Below, in pieces: positions 50,601 to 57,673 of a stretch of 64,000 nucleotides of DNA. Each line of letters opens with the position of its first letter. Position 1 is the first letter of the stretch. The notes beneath the pieces are model-generated. The model did not search any database. It worked only from the letters and a program-made list of their open reading frames with translations, and was not told the DNA's origin. The stretch comes from Chitinophagales bacterium (lineage in GTDB: Bacteria; Bacteroidota; Bacteroidia; Chitinophagales; Chitinophagaceae): positions 14,619 through 78,618 of the forward strand of contig JBBRCW010000001.1 of the NCBI GenBank assembly GCA_038204535.1. The letters run 5' to 3'. A program made the position numbers and the translations under genes.

Positions 50601-53506
50601 ATGGTTTACTTGAATTTATGGGTCGAATAGATGACCAGGTTAAAATTCGCGGTTATCGGATTGAGCCATCCGAGATCGGGAATGTGCTGCAGGATAATGT
50701 GATGGTACAATCGGCATTTGTAAATGTTAGAAATTACCGAGGTTTTAAATCGCTGGTAGCCTATGTTATTCCGGGAGCTAATTTTGAAAGACCAAAACTC
50801 ATCAATTGGTTAAAGTCGAAAGTGCCAGATTTTATGGTGCCTGCCTATTGGGTTGAGATGGAGGGTTTTCCCTTAACAGCCAATGGAAAGATTGACAAAA
50901 ATGCGCTGCCCGAGCCGGCTATGGATGAACGGGATGCACGTAAACTGGAGGCCCCTTCTACCGATCTTGAAAGAAAATTGGCGGATATGTGGCAGTCGCT
51001 TTTAGGAATAAAAAATATTGGTGTCAATGATAATTTCTTTGAGATCGGTGCCGATTCTATCCTTACCATACAGTTTGCAAACCTTGCACGCAGAAATAAT
51101 ATCGAAATTCAGCCGAGGGATATTTTTGTTTACCAAAGCATTTCTCAATTAGCGGTATTTATAGCAGAAAATGCAGGAGTAAAAATTAATGGCGAACAAG
51201 AGCTTTTAACCGGAAATGCCGGATTGTTACCTGTTCAGCAATGGTTTTTTGAAAATACAGGCCCGGCTGTGTCTCATTTTAACCAGGCACTCATATTGGG
51301 TATCGAAAAGCAAATAACTCCCGACCAGCTAAACAGGGCCTGGAGTTTATTGATCAAACAACACGATGCCTTAAGATTTGTTTATTCTAAAAGTAATGGT
51401 AACTGGAGCCAGGAATACAGTAATCAATTACCTGCGGTGATAGTAGAGAATATTGAAACAGGTGACGAGGCTGCTTTAAGAACGAAATTGCTGGAAAGAT
51501 CAAATTATTTCCAGCAAAGTCTGGACATTTTTAAAGGCCAGATAATAAAAGTTGTATTATTTCAAACTCCTGGCTTCGAAAGCCGAAATCGTTTGTTAGC
51601 GGTAGTTCATCACCTGGCAATCGATGCAGTTTCGTGGAGAATATTGATTGAAAATCTTGAATATATTTTATCCGCAATAGTAAAAGGGGATGAACCGGAC
51701 CTGGGGAGTAAAGGTTCGTCGTACAGGCAATGGCACCAGGCGTTAGTGAAATATGGGCAGCAGCCAGCCGTAAAAAGAGAAGTTGAGTACTGGAAAGAAG
51801 AACAAAAAAAGTATCGGCCAATACAAAAAGGAAAAACAACTATTGGAAGGGTTCGAATTGGAGATATCAGGTCTCTATCAATGAATTTAAGCAGCGAACA
51901 GACCAGCATTTTGGTGAATGAAGTTCCGAAAGTTTATCAAACTGAAATAAATGATGTTTTATTAACCGGGCTTGCATTAGCTATTAAACAGTGGGGAGGA
52001 ATTAGCGATGTAACGATCGGAATGGAGGGATATGGCAGAAATGAAATAGATAAGGAAATTGACTTGAGCAGAACGGTAGGCTGGTTTACCACTATCTATC
52101 CGGTTGTTATAGAGACCGGCGATCATAGTCTTCCGGCGTCGCTTTTGCCGGTTGTTAAAAACGTACTTAGAAATTTGCCGGCCAAAGGCATTGGTTTTGG
52201 AGTTTTAAAATATATAAATAAAGATGAAAGGCTTGCTGATGTGCCAAAGTGGAATGTTGTTTTTAACTACCTCGGCCAACTGGATAGTGTGACCAGATCC
52301 GGGCAATGGATATCAGCAACGACTGATTCTGCTGGTAAATCGATTGGCGACGAGCATTTTGTTCAGGAAGATTTATCGCTAAACGGATCAATTCAAAACG
52401 GGCAGCTGTTTTTTAATATAGGGTACAATAGTAAAAACTTTTCTCAAAGCGACACCGAAGATTTTGTCAGTAAATTCCAGGCTATTCTTGAAGAACTGAT
52501 AAGCGCTGTTGCTTTAGAAAAAATTAAGTTTGAAGCCGACAAAACAACCTCATCGTTTGCTGCGGCTAATCCGTTGGAAGAAATTATAGAAGAGGATTTG
52601 ATTAAGAGTGCAAAAAACAAATATCTTATACCACTAAAGGCGGCTGGCAAAAAGAGCCCTTTGTATATAGTTGCTGGCGGGGGAGGCACAGCTACAAAAT
52701 TTATGCGTTTTGCAAGAATGTTAGACGAAGAGCAGCCTGTGTATGCATTGCAGCCACCGATTGATTATGATGATCTGAAAGCTTTTCCGGATACGATTGA
52801 AAAGATCGCCGAGGTATTTGTAGCGGAAATTCTTTCGGTTGACCCAGATGGTCCATTTGCATTGTCTGGCCATTGCACCGGGGGAAAAATCGCTTTTGAA
52901 ATGGCTAAGCAACTAAAAGCGGCCGGCAAAGAAGTATCTATGCTCGCTATGTTTGATACCTTGATCGGACGAAAATTTGTTGATGAGAAGCCGTCCTTAA
53001 AAAACTACTATAAAATTCCGGCAACTTTTAAATCGATTATAGCAAGTGTAAAATTGAAAATTGACTTTGAAACCTATTTATTGCGAAAACATACTAAAAA
53101 AGCCATTCTCTATAAATTAAATTCGCTCCAAAACTTTTTCAAACATCATTTTGGCAAGCGATCAAATAACGATTTGAAGACTTATGATGAATATGAGATA
53201 TTCTTTAAAACCTCCGAACACTACACTAAGGCCAGCAGAAAATACCAAATGGCGCCCTATGATGATGCGATTATCCTTTTTTATGCAAAAGAACGTTACT
53301 ATTTTGTAGATGTTAATAATAAGATCAATTTTAAAAAGATAGATTTGGACATTGGATCGCAGCATGCCTGGGAGGATTATGCAACAAAAGTGATGTTATA
53401 TGAGATAAAGGGAGAACATTCCAATATTTTTGAAAGCATACATGGCGATGAGTTTGCAATGATCTTACAAGAGCAGTTAAATAAATCATCACTGTTAAAC
53501 AAATGA
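44663..53506 (+). CDS. NRPS subunit 5, termination (2947 aa): docking domain-[C-A13(Asp)-T]-[C-A14(Ile-like)-T-E]-TE
   Basis: TubC_N-like N-terminus. A13 code DLTKIGHIGK (Asp). A14 code DGYFLGVVYK (one residue from the Ile code DGFFLGVVYK). Carrier GADS, E domain HHLAIDAVSW. C-terminal alpha/beta-hydrolase TE with GHCTG, AMFDT and GEHSNIF. Confidence 0.96.
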   Translation: MKQTFNKIVDIIYTARKDGVEFVLNGDKLQLRYAEKKTIDKELLQEIKDNKLEIIDFLRNDSWKTRAVNGAPKLIGAFDRNDVSQIPLSFAQERLWFIDKLQGSIQYHTVVALRLKGNLSRQALEHALERLIERHQVLRTVYYELEGVVYQKIKEATEWKLSWDDGLFGNADNHVLERKINELISQPFHLDRDYMFRATLLALDDNEFLLVAVVHHIACDAWSAPIIVKEVADFYSRFTKGETAPFASLRLQFADYAVWERAHHTKDYLQPKIDYWKQKLDGFSPLQLPYDFDAPVVRSAKGDSISYKIDAEVVAKLNDICRQNDCSLYMLLLAAYNILLYRYSNQTDITVGASVANRNQAEIEELVGFFVNTVVFRNQIESNRSFIDLLNQVKATTIGAYENQDVPFEKVVENVLKERESSKASLFQVMLVFLNTPGGDRKALGELEITGEPVRSSVSKFDFTFFIAETLPGLSITVEYSTELFKEATIFQLLQHFDKLLQEITIDPNRSVSSLPMLTDKQRHKLVNDYGFSSVALPAENNIVSLFENEVRKKPGIAAVKFEGEKMTYGQLNKRVNQVAHYLRSKGIGPDKYVPIIAEPGLDLVVGILGILKSGGAYVPIDTALPAERIGFITKDTGASIVLVTPKQRHKIEVSDFSSLIVLQTDEAAFETQPGTDPEPVINNDHLAYVIYTSGSTGTPKGVMITHRCLVDYFYGIADKLPVKLCNSFALLSSAATDLGNTVIYSAFLTGGCLHLFSAETLSDAYALHSYFDEHSIDCIKIVPSHWNALEIEEKKLLPNNLLIFGGEVLYTDSVKNILSANPNLTVVNHYGPTETTIGKLLHVLDRNAVYGNTIPLGRPFGNTSVYVLSNDMKLSPVGVPGKLFIAGQGLAKGYLNNEALTNEKFVSNPIDGNKYDIVYNTGDIVKYLPDGNILFINRADDQVKIRGYRVEPGEVEAAFQSIDSIRQAVAIIKEDSSRNKNLVVFAVPDKAFDHEEVLNIIKAKLPDYMIPAKIVELESFPLMPNGKVDRRALQFIDIKSTGKSNNVNPRNNTEAKLVEIWMEVLELDNVGINDDFFEQGGHSLLAIRVVSAIRKAFKVELPIGDIFDFPTIALLSAQVEARNENELLTSIKAITPRPDYVPLSFSQERLWFIHQLGGSAQYHIPAVFKLAGSLDVNVLKNAFHQVIERHEALRTVFITKNDLPGQYLKKSEDWQLSIIAKEIAIKKQEEIIASMVNEPFDLEKDFMIRACVLELDKPEFLLVINLHHIASDAWSSSLFVKEITEIYNAQFEGRAPVLPILPVQYADYSIWQREQAKSESWKKKIEFWKNYLQQIDVLQLPADFVRPMVQSLNGAMLPVAVNSELAHQVRKLNMRPGTTMYMTLLGAFNLLLYKYTNQTDICVGTPVAGRQMQEIESLIGFFINTVVVRTRINEQETFSDLLYNVRENTLSMTPYHDIPFEKVVEATVSERDISRNPIFQVAFSYQSIGEGDTGHLKNITLKPFNSKGTEHKTSKFDITFNITESQNNLFLSVEYCTDLFKEETIQRMIANYIQLLSVVCKNSDIPLNQISVITPAEQDQLNRLNDTYRDIPSDLGLVQLFKQRIAAAPETIAIVDNHTKVTYRQLDERSNQVANQLSTGGIKEGASIALIANRGIDMIVAIWGIIKLGCTYVPLNIDFPTERLQFIVENANAAAVVCTDASLLQTKTITGCKTFCVAGAETFERSFEPKAYLPQTPVYIMFTSGTTGKPKGIKVSQQNIVNLACQQNEIRVRQNDVLLQWSDYGFDGSIYEIFGAHLNGASLCLLQEGMAANVEAMAKVIIDNKVSVCFITTAIFNAIADTDPFILKGLRKVLFGGEAVSSFHVRKVIGIIGADKIVHVYGPTETTVYATSCPLNQVNENEIIPIGRPLNNVKAFVLDQNKNPVPIGAPGELYIGGKGVSMGYSNNEALTGEKFLSLFIVNSIERLYKTGDIVRWNSNGLLEFMGRIDDQVKIRGYRIEPSEIGNVLQDNVMVQSAFVNVRNYRGFKSLVAYVIPGANFERPKLINWLKSKVPDFMVPAYWVEMEGFPLTANGKIDKNALPEPAMDERDARKLEAPSTDLERKLADMWQSLLGIKNIGVNDNFFEIGADSILTIQFANLARRNNIEIQPRDIFVYQSISQLAVFIAENAGVKINGEQELLTGNAGLLPVQQWFFENTGPAVSHFNQALILGIEKQITPDQLNRAWSLLIKQHDALRFVYSKSNGNWSQEYSNQLPAVIVENIETGDEAALRTKLLERSNYFQQSLDIFKGQIIKVVLFQTPGFESRNRLLAVVHHLAIDAVSWRILIENLEYILSAIVKGDEPDLGSKGSSYRQWHQALVKYGQQPAVKREVEYWKEEQKKYRPIQKGKTTIGRVRIGDIRSLSMNLSSEQTSILVNEVPKVYQTEINDVLLTGLALAIKQWGGISDVTIGMEGYGRNEIDKEIDLSRTVGWFTTIYPVVIETGDHSLPASLLPVVKNVLRNLPAKGIGFGVLKYINKDERLADVPKWNVVFNYLGQLDSVTRSGQWISATTDSAGKSIGDEHFVQEDLSLNGSIQNGQLFFNIGYNSKNFSQSDTEDFVSKFQAILEELISAVALEKIKFEADKTTSSFAAANPLEEIIEEDLIKSAKNKYLIPLKAAGKKSPLYIVAGGGGTATKFMRFARMLDEEQPVYALQPPIDYDDLKAFPDTIEKIAEVFVAEILSVDPDGPFALSGHCTGGKIAFEMAKQLKAAGKEVSMLAMFDTLIGRKFVDEKPSLKNYYKIPATFKSIIASVKLKIDFETYLLRKHTKKAILYKLNSLQNFFKHHFGKRSNNDLKTYDEYEIFFKTSEHYTKASRKYQMAPYDDAIILFYAKERYYFVDVNNKINFKKIDLDIGSQHAWEDYATKVMLYEIKGEHSNIFESIHGDEFAMILQEQLNKSSLLNK

Positions 53507-53686
53507 TCATTGTTTTTTAAAAAATTTAAACCGCGTTTAAAATAAACGATCTACAGAGTTTGGCCATTAAATGAGAACCGGGATGCTGAAGTTCATTTTC
53601 AAAATGCAACTATAAAGGGTAAAACCAAATCTACATTTAGTATTGCCGGGCTAAATCAAAAATCAAATCGCTGAGCCTTCAAAATT

Positions 53687-54457
53687 ATGAGAAAAATAAA
53701 CCACAGCAGGTTAAAATCCTTTATTGCATCAAATGTTGTTTTTTTAATAATTGTATTTTTGGCATCCTGTAAAACTTCCAAAAGCCTCGATTACTTCACT
53801 TTTCCAGCTTACGATAGCAGCCACATGTTTGTACAGGAAAGTTACGAAGTGCCCATAAAGGTGGGCGACCAGCTTAATATTACGCTGACCTCGTTAAAAC
53901 CCGAATATGCTATTCCATACCTGGTTCCGCCTGGCAAGGCTTTAACTGTAGACGATGATGGTTATATTCTTTACCCGCAATTGGGACCTCAAAAGGTGGT
54001 TGGTATGTCAAGAAACCAGGTAAGAGATATGCTTGTAAATAAATTGAAAGTTTACCTGATTGATCCGGTTGTTTTTGTTGATTTTGTCAATTTTAAGATT
54101 ACAGTAATGGGTGAAGTGGGAAGGCAGGGCACACTTTCGGTTCCTGACGGAAAAATAAACCTGTTGGAGGCTTTGGCCCAGTCGGGAGATATTACTCAAT
54201 ATGGGAGAAAGGAATCAGTGGTAATAATTCGCGAGAAAAACGGGCTGAGAGAATTTGGATATGTTAACCTTTTATCGCCTAACTTTTTTACAACACCGTA
54301 TTATCGTTTGCAACAAAATGATATCATTTATGTTCGTTCTCAAAACAAGCAACCGGTAAGCGAACAGGTGTTAACGAGAAAGATTTCTTTTGCTTCAACT
54401 ATCTTAGGCGCCTTTACAACTGTCACATTCTTAATACTTACGTTAACCCGAAAATAA
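53687..54457 (+). CDS. wza: Polysaccharide export outer-membrane lipoprotein (Wza/Poly_export-SLBB family, Bacteroidota type)
   Basis: Lipobox FLASC. Motifs IKVGDQLNI, VDDDGYILYPQLG, ITVMGEV..QG, NLLEALAQSGDIT.YGRKESV..IRE, YYRLQQNDIIYV. Confidence 0.85.
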   Translation: MRKINHSRLKSFIASNVVFLIIVFLASCKTSKSLDYFTFPAYDSSHMFVQESYEVPIKVGDQLNITLTSLKPEYAIPYLVPPGKALTVDDDGYILYPQLGPQKVVGMSRNQVRDMLVNKLKVYLIDPVVFVDFVNFKITVMGEVGRQGTLSVPDGKINLLEALAQSGDITQYGRKESVVIIREKNGLREFGYVNLLSPNFFTTPYYRLQQNDIIYVRSQNKQPVSEQVLTRKISFASTILGAFTTVTFLILTLTRK

Positions 54458-54846
54458 GCCATAGCAAATAAACCTAATGCGAATGGTTGTACCCGAAATC
54501 TTGGTTTTTAAGTAAATATTTCCTATTTTTAAATCCTGCTCCAATATCAATCACTTGTTAAATGCTACAAGTGTTATGCTGCCATTAATCAACAACAAGG
54601 ATTTTCAGTGGATTTTTATTTTGCTGGCCAATTGAATACATTTAAAAAAATTATAATTAGATTTATCTTCTAATTTATACTTTGGGTATTATGCAACCTA
54701 AAGTGTTTTTTAGCCTTCTTTTAAAGGCTGATAATTCAGTTTTATTTTATTATAAATTTTTATAAGTAAATATTGATTTATAATTTAAAAGCAGGTTTTA
54801 TATCGTCCATTCCTGATCAACCTTTGCAAATTGAAAAGAACAGAAG

Positions 54847-56328
54847 ATGAATTTTTTTTATAAAGAAACCCGAAAAAAGCAGCTTCATTATTACCGAAAT
54901 AATAAATCAGGTAAGAGTTCTTCATTTAGTATCGGCCGCAATATAGATTTTGAAAATATTGACGTCGTTTCGCCTACTCCAATCAAATTATTTCGATTTT
55001 CAATATTATTTATTGACTTGCTGGCGCTTAACGTTATAAAAATTGCGTTGTTTCATTTGCCATATTTTGCACTTGATGCTAATAATCAGCCTTTTTTTAT
55101 TACAATAAATCTTTCCTGGATTTTTTCAAGTTATTTAACTGCCCTGTATTTTGGCCGGGAGCGGCTTTTATTAAGAACCATCCAGGCATATTTTTTATTT
55201 TTTGCATTCACTTTGCTCTTGAACTTTTTGCTAAAAAGTGATTTTACCAGGGGTTATGTTCTTGCAAATTTCCTGTGTTTCGGACTTTCTCTGGTGGTTT
55301 CGCGGGTGGTCCTTTTAGGGGCATCTTCTTACATTAAGCATAATATGGTTTCCCATAAGTATATTGTTTTAGGATGTAATGAATTATCGCACCGTTTGGT
55401 AACCAACCTTAAGGCTCAGAATTCTGGTAATAGTATGGCAGGTTTTTTTGATGATTTGGCCCCAATTTCCTCCAGCCACTCTTCATTTCCGGTATTGGGC
55501 TGTTTGAATGATTGTCTTGCCTATGCTGTTCGAAACGGTATTTCCGAAATTTATTCAACGATACCCCCCGAAAGAAACCCGGATATTTATGAGATAGCAC
55601 ATGAGGCTGAAATGAATTTCATTCGGTTTAGATTTGTGCCAGACTTCAGTGTTTTTATCAACAAAAGGGTGCATGTTAGCTTTGTGGAAGATTTGCCGGT
55701 ATTGTCTTTAAGGCAAGAGCCATTGGAGGATATTGGAAACCGGTTTAAGAAGAGGGTTTTTGATGTTGTTTTCAGTTCGTTAATTATATTGTTTGTGTTA
55801 TCGTGGCTGGTGCCAATCATTGCACTCTTAATTAAACTTGATTCGCGGGGTCCGGTGTTTTTTAAACAATTGCGCTCAGGTAAGAATAATCAGCCATTTC
55901 TTTGTTTTAAGTTTAGAAGCCTTACTGTAAATGATGAGGCGAATTCTAAGCAGGTTACAAAAAACGATACCAGGTACACGAGGTTAGGCAGATTTCTCCG
56001 GAAATCTAATTTGGATGAATTTCCGCAGTTTTTTAATGTATTTCAAGGCTATATGTCGATTGTTGGTCCCAGGCCTCATATGCTTAGACATACACAACAA
56101 TACTCTGAAGAAATTAACCAATACATGATCAGGCACTACGTTAAACCAGGAATAACCGGTTTGGCTCAGGTGAATGGCTTTAGAGGCGAAATTACCAAAG
56201 AAGATGATCTTGCAAAAAGAATTGAATTCGACATAAAATATATGGAAAACTGGGGGATGTTATTAGACATTCAAATAATTCTACAGACAATCTATGTTAC
56301 ATTCAAGGGAGACAAGAATGCATTTTAA
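54847..56328 (+). CDS. wcaJ: Undecaprenyl-phosphate glucose phosphotransferase (WcaJ/WbaP-like priming glycosyltransferase)
   Basis: N-terminal TM segments, a CoA-binding-like middle region, and a bacterial sugar transferase domain (KRVFDVVFS, IKLDSRGPVFFKQLRSG, FKFRS, GRFLRKSNLDEFPQFFNV, MSIVGPRPH, VKPGITGLAQVNG). Confidence 0.9.
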   Translation: MNFFYKETRKKQLHYYRNNKSGKSSSFSIGRNIDFENIDVVSPTPIKLFRFSILFIDLLALNVIKIALFHLPYFALDANNQPFFITINLSWIFSSYLTALYFGRERLLLRTIQAYFLFFAFTLLLNFLLKSDFTRGYVLANFLCFGLSLVVSRVVLLGASSYIKHNMVSHKYIVLGCNELSHRLVTNLKAQNSGNSMAGFFDDLAPISSSHSSFPVLGCLNDCLAYAVRNGISEIYSTIPPERNPDIYEIAHEAEMNFIRFRFVPDFSVFINKRVHVSFVEDLPVLSLRQEPLEDIGNRFKKRVFDVVFSSLIILFVLSWLVPIIALLIKLDSRGPVFFKQLRSGKNNQPFLCFKFRSLTVNDEANSKQVTKNDTRYTRLGRFLRKSNLDEFPQFFNVFQGYMSIVGPRPHMLRHTQQYSEEINQYMIRHYVKPGITGLAQVNGFRGEITKEDDLAKRIEFDIKYMENWGMLLDIQIILQTIYVTFKGDKNAF

Positions 56329-56395
56329 GTCGGCAGTTCATTTTCGGTCATTCATTTGTGGTCTTTTTTAAAAAAATGAGCAATTACCTGTTACG

Positions 56396-57046
56396 TTACC
56401 CTCCTACTTTTTCTATATTTCCTCTATTATCAAACCATTTTTGTACCAGAACTGAAAATAACATAGTGCAAACAGCTACCAGCATACCTGCCGCAATATC
56501 TAAGGGGAAATGCTGGCCTAAATAAATGCGCGAATATCCAACCAGGCTTGCAGCAACAAAAGTTGCAATTGGCCAAACTTTCTTTTTTGATAACAGGGCA
56601 ATCAAAATGCAAAATGTAAATGCCGTAACTGTATGGCCCGAAGGAAAGCTATTGATAGAATGTACAGTAACTCCATTTACGTAGTGAACAAGGTGCTGAT
56701 CGCTTATCGCCAGCAGCGGCCGGGCTTCGTCTGGTAAAATAACCTGTTTACTAAACTGGGTTATTGCGGTAGAAAAAATGATGGCCGAGAAAAGAAGTGG
56801 TAAGAGGTTGTATTTTTTTGATACAATAACGAAAATAAACCAGCCGATCCATAAAACGCCATCGCCGGCATAGGTATAATATTGAAAAAAAATGTCAGAT
56901 ACCCTTCCCATATCATTGTTCAAAAAGAGGAAGAATTCGATTTTACCTATGTAAAATGAAAGTAATAACAAGACGCCGCCCAGCGAGGCAACAATCGCCA
57001 TCAAAGTCTTGTAATAGGAATAATTCAGGTTATTTTTTAACTGCAT
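56396..57046 (-). CDS. PAP2-family membrane phosphatase
   Basis: K...ARP, SFPSGHT and SRIYLGQHFPLDI motifs within hydrophobic TM segments. Confidence 0.88.
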   Translation of the reverse strand: MQLKNNLNYSYYKTLMAIVASLGGVLLLLSFYIGKIEFFLFLNNDMGRVSDIFFQYYTYAGDGVLWIGWFIFVIVSKKYNLLPLLFSAIIFSTAITQFSKQVILPDEARPLLAISDQHLVHYVNGVTVHSINSFPSGHTVTAFTFCILIALLSKKKVWPIATFVAASLVGYSRIYLGQHFPLDIAAGMLVAVCTMLFSVLVQKWFDNRGNIEKVGG

Positions 57047-57220
57047 AAATAAAAGTGGTGGAATTGTTAAACAGATCGTGGTATTGGGCCTTTTGATGAA
57101 GCGGGAGTGATTGTAATGCGTCTGCGAATTCGGTGCGGGAAAAGAGCATAAAAGCCAATAATCCTAATAACCACCAAAAATGTGCTGGCTTATGTAATTT
57201 ATAATATTGCAATAAAATTT

Positions 57221-57634
57221 TTATTTCGGGGCCAAAACTACAACATTTGAATTCTCTGCTATGATGGTTTGTTTTTCTCTTGGTTTTACAACAATATAAT
57301 AATAACCAATGATAAGCAACCCAAGCGAAAAAGGAATGATGGTATAAAACCTGAGACTGTCGTTGGTAGAAAAGAACTCCACCAGCATCCAATAGGCGTT
57401 TGCGGTAATCCATAAAACGACCGCCAGGTTGTGTAATAATTCGCTTTTTATGTTACGCGTTTGCCAGGTTATCAAAAGGGCCGCTATCATTGTAGGAAAA
57501 ATCATGATTAAACCCAGCGGTTTCCATAACATCGCCCAGCTCAGGTCTTTTATCAGCCAGAATACAATATGAAGATTTTCGATCCGCCTAAATCGGGCGG
57601 GAATGGAATAAAGCGTTTCCTGCTGTTGTGGCAT
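57221..57634 (-). CDS. Hypothetical integral membrane protein (about 4 TM)
   Basis: 137-aa ORF with four hydrophobic stretches (ENLHIVFWLIKDLSW...). Lies in a run of co-oriented minus-strand genes. Confidence 0.7.
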   Translation of the reverse strand: MPQQQETLYSIPARFRRIENLHIVFWLIKDLSWAMLWKPLGLIMIFPTMIAALLITWQTRNIKSELLHNLAVVLWITANAYWMLVEFFSTNDSLRFYTIIPFSLGLLIIGYYYIVVKPREKQTIIAENSNVVVLAPK

Positions 57635-57673
57635 GGGTTAAAGTTTTGATCTAAAAATAATGAGAATCAAAAC

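Noticed and set aside
11470-52040. Variation in the E-domain EGHGRE motif (EGQGRE, EGHGRQ, EGYGRN) as a sign of inactive epimerases
   Set aside because: The catalytic Glu and the HHxxxD His are retained in all four, and the downstream C domains are DCL type.
2382-53365. Many 60-165 aa ORFs overlapping the NRPS genes on either strand
   Set aside because: They are shadow ORFs of long coding sequences with no recognisable motifs. The same applies to short ORFs overlapping the housekeeping genes.
53525-53541. tttaaac-cgc-gtttaaa hairpin as the NRPS operon terminator
   Set aside because: The stem is only 7 bp and almost all A/T, without a clear U-tract, so it is too weak to call.
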